Source: Octopus vulgaris
Lineage: Eukaryota
NCBI GenBank assembly: GCA_951406725.2
Contig: OX597830.1
Span: forward strand, 5,208,001 to 5,272,000
DNA length: 64,000 nt
Direction of reading: 5' to 3'
Below are positions 53,483 through 64,000 of the stretch, piece after piece. How positions within the stretch are numbered: the first letter of the stretch is position 1; the number at the start of each line of letters is the position of its first letter. The position numbers were made by a program, and so were the translations under genes. Below the pieces are notes generated by a model that searched no databases, was not told where the DNA came from, and saw only the letters and a program-made list of their open reading frames with translations.

Positions 53483-55666
53483 ATGCAAAAACAAAAACAA
53501 AACAAAACAAAAGAAAAAATGCACAGAATCATATAAAATTCATTTCTCAAGATTACTTATCCTTACAATTTTATTGACTCAGCAGAGGCGTAAAGTACAG
53601 AAATGGTTTACTTAGGTTCCAAAATAACATTACTGTCACAACATCTTACCTGGAACATCCATCAGCTATTTCAAATATTTGTTAGTCACATTTAACAACC
53701 AAGTAAAACCAACTTCTATTCTCCGGTTTCATGTTGACACTGCTGTTGTTGTTTTAATGAAAAGGTGAATAAACGAACATGTAAATAAGTAATTAAAAAT
53801 TAAAACCTGTATTTGCTAATGTATCTGAGTGGCCACCATGGATGGTGTAGCGAAGCAAGCAAACCTCTTTAAGATATTTTCTTAATTTCTTGCTAATAAC
53901 AAAAACCAAAAATACAAATAAATAGATATAAAAAATGAAACAATAAAAGAAAATACTTAAAAAAATAATAAAATATTTGTTGAAAAGCTAGTATAATTAA
54001 ATACTTAACTAATAAATTTGATGTGATTTTTTTTTGTCTCCCCGCTTCCGCCCTTAGAGATTTCCCAGGGAACCTTTTAAGAAGTGAAAGTAATTAAAGA
54101 CTTAACCAAAGTCTTAATGCATTTAACTGCAACAATAATCTCCACCTTGAACTAACTTTTTAGTCAGCCACCCGACACCCCCCAACCCACCCCAACCCAA
54201 CAGATAATCAATTATAACTGCCTCATAACCAAATTTTTATTTCGAGTATTTTATTTCATTTAACAGCTGTTTTTACCTTAATTTTAAAAATCTTTTTGCA
54301 TTTATCATCATCACCATCATTGTTATCTTCCTTCTCCCTCATCATCCTCATCATCATCATCATCCTTTTCATCATCATTGTCTTCATCATTATTTCTTTT
54401 TGTCCGTAAATGTCTTAACAGTAATTGCGTACTCAGCAGTTTTGACGATTCTATTTCGAACTTTTTTGATGACAGTCACACTTGGCACCATGTAGACTCT
54501 GACACTAATCAATTAATGTGTTTTTTTTCCTGTTATTTAAAAATAACATTTTTATTTTAATAGAAAAGTTTTTAATGAAAACAAAGAAACCCTGCTGCAA
54601 ATGTTTCAGACGGCAAAGATAACTTGGAAGACATCAAGTACTTAGAGTTGTTAATTTTTTATCAAAATATGGCAGTTTATTGCATGAAGATAAACGTTAT
54701 AAGAAGCAAGAAACAAAATGTCTTTAACGATGAAGATGTAGTGACATTCATGACTGTACAGTGAGGAGTTGCGAAACTGTTTTTATTTGCAGTGAGATGG
54801 ACTGTCCATGTGTGTTGGCTATGAATACAGTGTAGTGCTGGTAGGGAGGTTTGAACCATGAGCGCATTAGTTTGTAACCTGACACACTATCAACTCAGTA
54901 ACTTGAATACTTTAATCTAAGGGTTCTTAACTTTGGTCTCTCATTTCCTGATTAAGTTGGAAGTGCCCCATCATAACAAACTATGTCTTTGGGTAGTTTT
55001 GGATTTGGCAGAGCCCATTCTTCTCTAGGTCTGACAACAACTGATTTCTTCTAGAAAGAAAGGAAGACAAAATGAAAAGTGAAGGAAACAGAATAACTGA
55101 CCCCAGTACAGAACTGGTACCTTGTTTGTTGATTACAAAATGATAAAAGGAAAAGCCAATCTAGGTGGATTTTGAACTCAGAACAAGGAGAGGACATAGT
55201 AAGGTGATATATCTGACATTCTAAAGACTCTGAAAATTTCAACTCCATGAGTAGATCATGATGAATCACTTGAAAACAAATCTGGTTCAAACCAGTTAAT
55301 TCTAGTTTAGCATTTCTTTGTTATGAGATTTTAAGAACATCAAAATTACTGTCAATGAAATTGTAGAAAATGTAGAAATCTGGAGTTAATATACAGGGTC
55401 TGAACAAATAATATTGGACCTGTTGCTATGGTAACAGAGCTAACATATGCTGAGTAACGCCACTTGGCATAGATTGACCTTGAAATCTGTCCTGCATGCA
55501 CACTGAGTTATAATGTTCTTGCTCATTTCTGTTGTTTAAAGCAGCATTTAGAGATAAAATCTGTTCAGTGAGAAGATCAGGTTTCAGCTGTGAAGGATCT
55601 CCTTGATTATTAGTAAAATTACTATTTTTAAATCTCACAGCGAGAGATATTCAGCAACAGTACTTT

Positions 55667-55904
55667 GGAGTAAAGATTGTTTGCCAACATAACATGGTAG
55701 TCCTGGTTTAGGACGAATGTTCCTGTAATTTAGCCCCAGGAGACATCGTGTCCAGCTGGCTATATGACATGATCTGTGTCCTTATATTTTTGATAATATA
55801 AGGACACAGATCATATTGTATACCTAGTCTCCTGGGCATAAATCACAGCAACATTCGTCCTAAACCAGGACTGCCATGTTATGTTGGCAAACAATCTTTA
55901 CTCC
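55667..55904. mobile_element. Foldback MITE (nearly whole-element palindrome)
   Basis: About 55-bp near-perfect outer arms ggagtaaagattgtttgccaacataacatgg.. and inner stem tgatctgtgtccttatatt. Confidence 0.88.
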
Positions 55905-55984
55905 TTGATTATGTCAAAAAAGACAAAATATTTTTGGAAACATTCATACCAAGTGATGAATTGTGAGTCTATGGATATAATACC

Positions 55985-56245
55985 AAAACAAGGACTCAGT
56001 CTTCACAGTGGAATACTCCGATCAGATTTCAAGACTTTGTGGAAATCCATGAGAATTCAATGAGGTAGCAATTTGCTATCCCCAAAAAAGTGGTTCCAGG
56101 AATGTGTCCATCAGTGGAAACAATGCTGGACAAAGTGTGTGGCTTCAGAAAGGAATTACTTCAAAGGAGATAAAATACCAAATTGATATGTGTAACAGAT
56201 CTCTCCTTATGGCGCCAGTCCTGATACATTTTGGTCTGACCTTAA
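55985..56245 (+). pseudogene. Mariner transposase C-terminal relic with 3' end
   Basis: AIPKKWFQECVHQWKQCWTKCVASERNYFKGD. Confidence 0.75.
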
Positions 56246-56370
56246 AACAAATATTCTTGTAGCTCATCATTATAAAACGGTGAATGCCTCTATGACTTCT
56301 TTGTGATGAACATTTCAGATTTCTTGCTTCTTATAAAACAATGGAATGTTTTTCTTTGTACAATAAACTT

Positions 56371-56371
<1 letters not shown>

Positions 56372-56407
<36 letters not shown>

Positions 56408-56783
56408 GCTGAAGTTGTCTGTGTATGGTAGGTTTGGTAGCATTCAACTAACACTATCTCCTCCGAGACCCTGCGGCGCAAGTTGACCAAAATTGAGAGT
56501 ATGATAGAAGAAGGCTTGCTCTTCCTTTCTTAGAAGATAAAATTCAAATCAGGCCATGATAACACCAAAAATTATTCACATCAAAAAGGTGCTTTTTTTC
56601 TATGAAATTCCCTATTTTTTACGATCTTTTGACTGCTGTGTCGCCATTTTTCGGTGTATTTCAACCAGGAAAATGTTCACTTAAAGAGAATAACAAGCTA
56701 CATAATGCAAAATTTTTACGTTTCAAAAATTCCAATTCTAAAGGGTCGTAACAAACTCGAGCAACACCGGGCGATACTGCTAG
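56372..56783 (+). mobile_element. Non-autonomous Helitron-like element
   Basis: 3' GC hairpin remnant ctcgagcaacaccggg followed by CTAG|T; a related 3' end lies on the minus strand at about 8533. Confidence 0.7.
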
Positions 56784-57117
56784 TTACGATAAAATGTAAA
56801 GTACTTTAATTACTTGATTTCTTCCAAATAATTTTTGCAACTTTTGTTGTTTACAGCTGAGACATTTTAGAAAATTTTAATAATAGGACATAAAATATTT
56901 TTAATTACAGGAAAAAATAATTGATTTCTGATAAAGCATAACTACATGGTGCCAGTTTCGATCCTCTACGATCTGAGATCAATTTCAGCTGAGGGGATTT
57001 TTATATTCAACTTCTTGGGTGAAGAGGGAGGGGACATATGATAATGCAGGTCAGGCATTACAAATGTGTGGTCCCATGGTGACATAAAATATCGTTGTGT
57101 CATAATTTGGGACTTAT

Positions 57118-57522
57118 GAGAGGAAGAAAGGGGAAGAGAAAGAAGAGGGAAAGGGGCAGAGGTGGAGGAAGAAGAAGAAGAGGAAGAGGTGGAGGGAGAG
57201 GAGGTAAAAGAGGAGGAGGAAAAGAAGAAGAAGAAGAGGAGGAGAAGGAAAAGGGGAAGAGGTGGAGGAGGAGGAAAAGTGGAGACAGAGGAGAAGGCAG
57301 CAGAGGAAGAGGAAAAAGTGGAGGGAAGGAAGTAGATGAGGAGGAGAAAGAGCAAGGAGAGGAAGGGGAAGAAAACGAAAAAGAGAATTAAGAGGAAGAG
57401 AAAGAAAAAATGGAGAGAAAGAAAAGAAAGAAAAAGAGGCAAAAGGAAAAGAGGAAGAATAGGAAAAAGAGGAAGAAAAAGAAGAAGACGAGGAGGAGGA
57501 GGAAGGGAAGGAGAGGATGAGG
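57118..57522. repeat. Polypurine (GA-rich) low-complexity tract
   Basis: About 400 bp almost entirely G/A. Confidence 0.95.
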
Positions 57523-58749
57523 GCATCAATGACTCATTTAAACAAGGCCTTGGAGGACAATGGAAGGAAACGAATGTTGTTTATTCTGAGAAAAGAGAAC
57601 CGGTTTTTGAATGTCTGCAAGGAGCTGGCATTGTTGAAGTCTGGCAAGGGCTTGAGGTGGTGGGCTGGACGAAGGGTTATGGTTATCACCCCAAAACAGA
57701 AAGAGTCACTTCAAGAGGCTTCCACACAGTTTCCGTCTAATTTACACTTGGTTGACCTAAAGCAGTAAAAGACACTTGCTCAAGGTGTCTGCAGACTGTT
57801 ATTGAACCTCAGAGCACACAGTTTGGACAGAAACATCAAAATTCCAAGTCTTCTCCAAATATATCCAGACAGAACAAGCATTAATCAAATGAATGCCCCA
57901 CATCCAGTTCGTCTGTGTTGTCTCTGCTAGAGAAAGCAGCCAAAGTCTCTGTTCATAACCTTTAGAAAAAGGAAGGCCTGATGAGACAGTTTTGTTCTAA
58001 ATAAAACGAAGTGGTCATGGCTGGAACGCCTTTGATCCTAGTTCGGCTCTGCTCAAAGAAAAGTGATCTGGTGCTAAACAACAACAACAACAACAACAGC
58101 AGCAGCAGCAGCAACAATGTCGCAACTTCCTTCAAGAATAGTTTTATTGCTCTTCACCGCCACATCTTTATTTCTCTTCTTGCCCTGCAACACAAGCCAA
58201 GATCACGCTAATAGCTAGAAATAGAAGGCAAATCTCCCTTATATTCACACACTAACATTTTTCCAAAAAAAGACACATTAGGTAATGTAGTCCAGGGTAT
58301 ACAAGGATTAAAAATGATGGGATGGTCACAAATGGAACGCCTTTGATCATATGCCTGTTCAGCTGGTTTACACCCAACTATAACAGCTACTATTACTATC
58401 ACAACCACTGCTGTTGTTATTGCAGCTGCTGCTGTTGCAGCAGTTACCACTACATCATCTTTCACATGATGTCTGGCATCTGACTGGATAATAACTCAGG
58501 TGCACACGTGATCAAGCCGTTGCTATGACACAGGAACGGCTTGATCATGTGTACAATGGTCGTGCTACACATATAAACACATTCACATATATGCCACAGG
58601 TTTCTACATAGTTTCCATCAGCCAGATTCTCTCCCTAAGTCTTAGTTTATACGAAGCAATATATACAAACCGTTTGCCCGTATTGCCCAATTAGGAATGG
58701 CGCGATTTGCAAAGCGAACCACTTCACAGCGCAGCCTGTACCTGCTTAC

Positions 58750-58752
58750 CAT
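58750..58752 (-). CDS. Candidate start codon at the end of a first exon (ATG|gtaagc)
   Basis: aaaATG|gtaagc, with unique, relatively CpG-rich sequence on both sides. Confidence 0.25.
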
Positions 58753-59297
58753 TTTAATATGGACTGCTTTAATTATGTCAATTCTAACTTGAATAACTTG
58801 ACTATAATTTTCTCGTACTGATGAAGTCACTGAGTATTTTCTCCCAGTAAATCATCCTTTTAAAAACAGACTGGAACGGTATTCTATGATATATTTTGCC
58901 ATAGACATCTAAGACCAGGCAAATACTGCAGTGTTCTAGAATAGTCTAAAAGTTTAGCAATATTGTTTATTACTAAATACACTGTCAACTAGTTTCACTT
59001 TGTGAAGGTGACAGACACGAAAAATTTTAGTCGAAGTGTTGCAGTTTCGGTCAAAGTCACCCACTGAACTTTCACTCAACTCATATTTCTAATGTCTGCT
59101 GTCGGTTATCAGAGTGAAATCATAACGATCGAGATTTCGGGTCAGTTATTTGAAGCTGACATCTATCTGCTTAAGATACATTTGATAAGTTGCAGGTCAC
59201 TTTTGATGAAATGCTGGAATGCAAACATCGAGATTTCACATACATCTTTCTATCGAACTTTCTCTCGTTCGTTTTCCTCCTTTCTCTTTCTTTATTA

Positions 59298-59353
<56 letters not shown>

Positions 59354-59357
59354 CACG

Positions 59358-59416
<59 letters not shown>

Positions 59417-59511
59417 CTAACGACAAACGCACGAATTCAATCATAATCTATTTTGGAAGATTGTCAGACGATGTGTGTCATTTCAAGAGTCTTTTAGTTG
59501 AAGAATTTTTC

Positions 59512-59569
59512 ATGATTTGTCTGAGCCAAATGTATGCTATTCCATTTATAAATGGTTCTGGAAAAGAAT
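59512..59569 (+). CDS. Candidate first coding exon (MICLSQMYAIPFINGSGKE, phase 1)
   Basis: Donor T|gtacgt; frame-compatible with 59851. Confidence 0.3.
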
Positions 59570-59850
59570 GTACGTAGAATGAAGCACCAGAAAGAATTTG
59601 GTATCGAAAGCAGTCTGCGAAAGATAGATATATTACTGATTCTCATGCCAATAACAAAGTTACATGGTATCTACTGTGATACCATCGATATCATTAAACA
59701 CAATATGCCCATGTAATATCCTCCTATCGTGATATACAATCTTTAGAAATGTTAAACGTTTTACTGTCCAACTTGAAAAGTAGCCAAATAAAACGACATT
59801 CGGTGATGAATTTCAGATTCTCCAGATTATAATTCCCCTATTGATTTCAG

Positions 59851-59905
59851 TTCTAAGAGATTTAGGAATTCCCTTCTTTGCTATTATAATTCTCTTTTTG
59901 GCGCT
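59851..59905 (+). CDS. Candidate exon encoding a hydrophobic segment (xLRDLGIPFFAIIILFLAL)
   Basis: Acceptor ttcccctattgatttcag and donor gtaagt; transmembrane or signal-like translation. Confidence 0.5.
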
Positions 59906-60275
59906 GTAAGTAGACGAAAATCTGAGTGTATTTGTTTCTGCTTATCAAAATTTCCTTCTTCTGAAGTACATTTGTTTTGTCTTTATTTTACCGACAAGAC
60001 AAATTAACATGATACACGTTGGTAGCCATTTCCCCGGAATAACATCCTCATCTTGCACACATGTCAAGTGTCTCTGTTCATTAAAAACTGGTCGCCGCCA
60101 TCAGGAATCAGTTTCACCATTTTCACTTCATCTGATGCCGTCCACTTAGAATTATGTGTTCTTTCTTTCTTTCTTTCCTTCCTTCTCCTCCCCACCCCGT
60201 TGAATAATTCCGACAACTAGAATCAAATTGCAAATATAATTGTATTTTTGTTTAAAGGTTATTGTCACTCACGTT

Positions 60276-60346
<71 letters not shown>

Positions 60347-61289
60347 TTACTACTACAACCACTGCTGCTAATATTGATTTCAGATTTTGGCACAAGGCCA
60401 GCAATTTCAGGGGATGGGAAGTCGATTAGTTCGACCCCAGAGTTCAGCTGGTACTTATTTTATCGGCCCCGATGGGATGGAAGGCAAAGTCAACCTCGGT
60501 GGACTTTGAAACCACTGCTGTTAATATTAGCTGGCTTTGTGCCTAAATTTGAAACCATTATTATTTTCATTATTAAGGCGGCGAGCTGGCAGTATCGTTA
60601 GCACACCGGGTGAAATGCTTAGTGGTAATTTTGCCCGACGCTATGTTCTGAGTTCAAACTCCGCCGAGGTCGACTTTGCCTTTAATCCTTTCGGGGTCGA
60701 TTAAATAAGTATCAGTTACGCACTAGGGTCGATGTAATCGACTTTCACCTTCCTCCAAAATTTCAGTAGAACGGATTATTATTAACGTCATCATCATTAT
60801 AATCAAAACCACCACCACCATCACAGCCACCATCGCCATCATCATCATCTACATCATCATTATCATTTCCATCGTCATCATCATTTCCATCATCATCATC
60901 ATCAGCGATAGGCAAAATCATTAACGTTTGACAAAAATGCTTAGCGGCATTTCTTCCGGTTCAAAATCTCACCAATGTCAACTTTGCCTTTCGACCCTTT
61001 TGCGGATCCATAAAATGCATCACCAGTCAAGTACTGGAATGGATAGTATAGACTAAGACCCCCTCCCCTCAAAATTACTGGCCAAAATTACCTAAGAAAA
61101 TGAAGAAAATGGAGATATAGCATTTAATAAAAAATTATTATCTGCAAAATTCCAACATAGTCTCTGACAGCTGTTTCAATTAGGTCTAAAGATTAAAATA
61201 GCAATTATTAAATCATTATATTAGACAAAATCTTATCACTTAACGAGGCTAATTGAATATATATATAAATGGACAAAATAAGTACCAAG

Positions 61290-61347
<58 letters not shown>

Positions 61348-61349
61348 TT

Positions 61350-61600
61350 GGTACTTATTTTGTCACTTTGCCAAACTGCTAAGTTACGGGGACGTAATCA
61401 CATCAAGCGGTGGGTGGACAAACAAACACACGCACATGACGGTCTTCCTTCAGTTTCTGTCTACCAAATCAACTCACAAGTCTTTGGTCAGCGCGAGGCT
61501 ATAGTAGAAAAAAACTTGCCCAAGGAGCCACAAAGTTGTATTGAACCCGGAACCATGTGGTTGGGAAGCAAGCTTCTTCCCACATAGCCATGTCAGCGCC
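61350..61600 (-). mobile_element. SINE family A (diverged)
   Basis: Matches the consensus. Confidence 0.85.
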
Positions 61601-61679
61601 TAACTCACAAACCTACAATTTTCAAATTTGCCGGCCAAGAACTTAAAAGAGAAATAGTTATTACTGAAACCGGAAGATT

Positions 61680-62450
61680 TAGCAAGGAATTCCTATTTCA
61701 GGCGTTCTTCGTTTCCAGATACTTTGTTTCTCGTCTCATTATATTGCGTCTTAATTTCTCTCTTTTCGTTTTGGCTTCGTTAAGGATTGAAAGGTCTTTC
61801 TGCCTTCTTTTTTTTTCTATATTTATTTTCCATATTTGTTGCATCGGTTTTGGCATTTCTATCTGAGGAGATCTGAAGACATTCACTATTCTCTAACTAT
61901 GGTGGCTGCTATAAATATTTCATTTAACCTAAAAGTGTTAATACCAATCTCGGTTTCTTTAAGTCTGTGATGACAACATCTGCGTTTCTCATTGTTGCTA
62001 CTTTTTTTACTGTCGAATTTTATCCCTGGAAGGAAATTACGATGATCAATGGGGTAATCTGTTGTTTTTAATTCTTTAACCATCTTCTTTAGATTACAGT
62101 CGCGTTCGTATTTGTTATCTTTTGAATTCACTTTTCTTAAATCTTCCTTATATCACTTTTTATTCATATTTTTAGTTGTCATGCTTTTGTTTGGCTTTTT
62201 TTTTTGGTCAATATTCTGTAGAGTACAAATTCTGTTAAAATTCTCAATAAATTCTTGGTATGCGGATCTTTTAGCGTTACTATTTCATTCAAGAAATCAA
62301 CCGAGGATAATATTTCAAGTCTGGAGTTGTTCAACACAATTAATTGTCAATGCACAACCGATTCTTCTGAATTCAAACAACTTTACTCATCAGTATTTCT
62401 CACCTCAACAGGTAAAAATACTTCACAAACTTTGTATTTTACATGTGTGA
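61680..62450 (-). pseudogene. Decayed N-terminal ORF relic of an R4/Dong-like non-LTR retrotransposon
   Basis: LNEIFIAATIV...WK..IEKKRRQKDLSILNE pattern resembles the region preceding the RT in R4/Dong elements; has stops and frameshifts. Confidence 0.55.
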
Positions 62451-62479
62451 GTATGTTTACTATTCTTTTAATCGTTTAT

Positions 62480-62666
62480 TCTTTTACTTGTTTCAGTCAT
62501 TTGACTGCGGCCATGCTGGAGCACCACCTTTTTAATCGAGCAAATAGACCCCAGGCCTTATTCTTTGCAAGCCTAGTACTTATTCTATCGGTCATTTTTT
62601 GCCGAACCGCTGGATTACGGGGACATAAACACACCAGCATCGCATGTCAAACGATGTTCGGGGTGA

Positions 62667-62701
<35 letters not shown>

Positions 62702-62865
62702 GCGACGGGCTTCTTTCAGTTTCCATCTACCAAATCCACTCACAAGGCTTTGGTTGGCCCAAGATTATAGTAAAGACACTTGCCCAAGGTGCCACGCAGT
62801 GGTACTGAACCTGGAACCATGTGGTTGGTAAGCAAGCTACTTACCACACAGCCACTCCTGTGCCT
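62480..62865 (-). mobile_element. Full-length SINE family A
   Basis: Matches the consensus. Confidence 0.9.
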
Positions 62866-64000
62866 ATATCAAAAAGTAATTAATATCTTTTCACTCTTCC
62901 CACAAATTGAGTTTTATATGAGTCATTTGTGTCATGCACAACATATAATGATATATTTACAAGGTACAATTCTTATAATTTATATTTTGCAGTTAATGTT
63001 GTATTTTGTAAGGATGAAATGACCACATAATGTGTATTTCACCACCAATAACAAGTACTGTCAGTAGTTAACAGCCCATGTTAGTATCTAAGGAGCTCAT
63101 CCCCTTAAGTTTGAGAATTTTTTATTCACTCCTGGAAGAATGCATTATTTCAGCCTGGCCGTCTTTGTAGACAGTTGAAAAGAATAGTTTCAAATAAATA
63201 AATAAAAAATCAATGATAGCATTGTTGTTGCGGGTGGTTCCCCTTAGTCTCCTGGCAACCAATAATTTTAGACCCAGTTCGCCACTGCATACTTACCAAT
63301 ACACATACAAATACACATACAAATATTAATTACATTCACACACAAACAAAACGTACTTTACATATACATTATATAACAGTATACATATATAACATAACGT
63401 ATTGATTTATATCGATCTCCAGTGTTCAACTGGTACTTATTTTATCGACCCCTGAAAGGCAAAGTGGACCTCGTGGAATTTGATCTAAGAACGTAAAGAC
63501 GGACGAAATGCCCAGTGTGCAAACGATTCTTTTCTACTCTAGGCACAAGGCACGAAATTTTGAGGGAGGGGAGCCAGTCGATTAGATCGACCCCAGTACT
63601 TAATTCATCGACCCCGAAAGGATGACAGGCAAAGTCGACCTCTCCGGAATTTGAACTCAGAACGAAACGGCAGACGAAATACCGCTATGCATTTAGCCCG
63701 GTGTGCTAACGATTCTGCCAGCTCACCACATTGAACATAACACATTAACATATAATAACGGTATACATGTACAACATAACACACTATACAAATATAAGAT
63801 ACTTATAACACAGTATAAATATATAACATAGCATATAATGACATATAAAATAGTTACAAATATATAATGTAAATTGGTATATACAAAGTTTATATCATAC
63901 ACAAATTGTCATTGAAAAACAAAAACAAACAAAGGAAGATGTGTTTGTTTTTCTTTCTTTTATTGTTGAATTTTTCATTTTATTGTAAATTATATTACAG

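Noticed and set aside
56966-57740. Long Leu/Phe/Ser-rich and Lys/Arg/Glu-rich ORFs
   Set aside because: By-products of the polypurine tract.

Overview
AT-rich, repeat-dense eukaryotic genomic DNA, most likely from a coleoid cephalopod (Octopus-like). That assignment is inferred from the recurring tRNA-derived SINE families, RTE LINE tails ending in (GAT)n and abundant (TA)n/(CA)n tracts. No intact long host ORF is present; the long ORFs are transposon-derived or microsatellite artefacts. Recognisable elements are a 2.9 kb RTE LINE with a PHD-like finger in its RT, and a second RTE inserted with an 11-bp TSD into a rearranged Penelope-like element. There are also a maT/DD37D transposase pseudogene, mariner, Helitron, CR1 and R4/Dong-like relics, many MITE/foldback elements and a tRNA-Asp pseudogene. 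Short splice-signal-flanked exons suggest an unidentified minus-strand gene running off the left edge and possibly a divergent plus-strand gene starting near 59.5 kb. The most interesting signals are two long-range inverted pairs of otherwise single-copy sequence, each bracketing a candidate exon; a series of phase-1 candidate alternative first exons; locally templated insertions; and Penelope-type hammerhead remnants. All gene models are by-eye predictions and remain untested.
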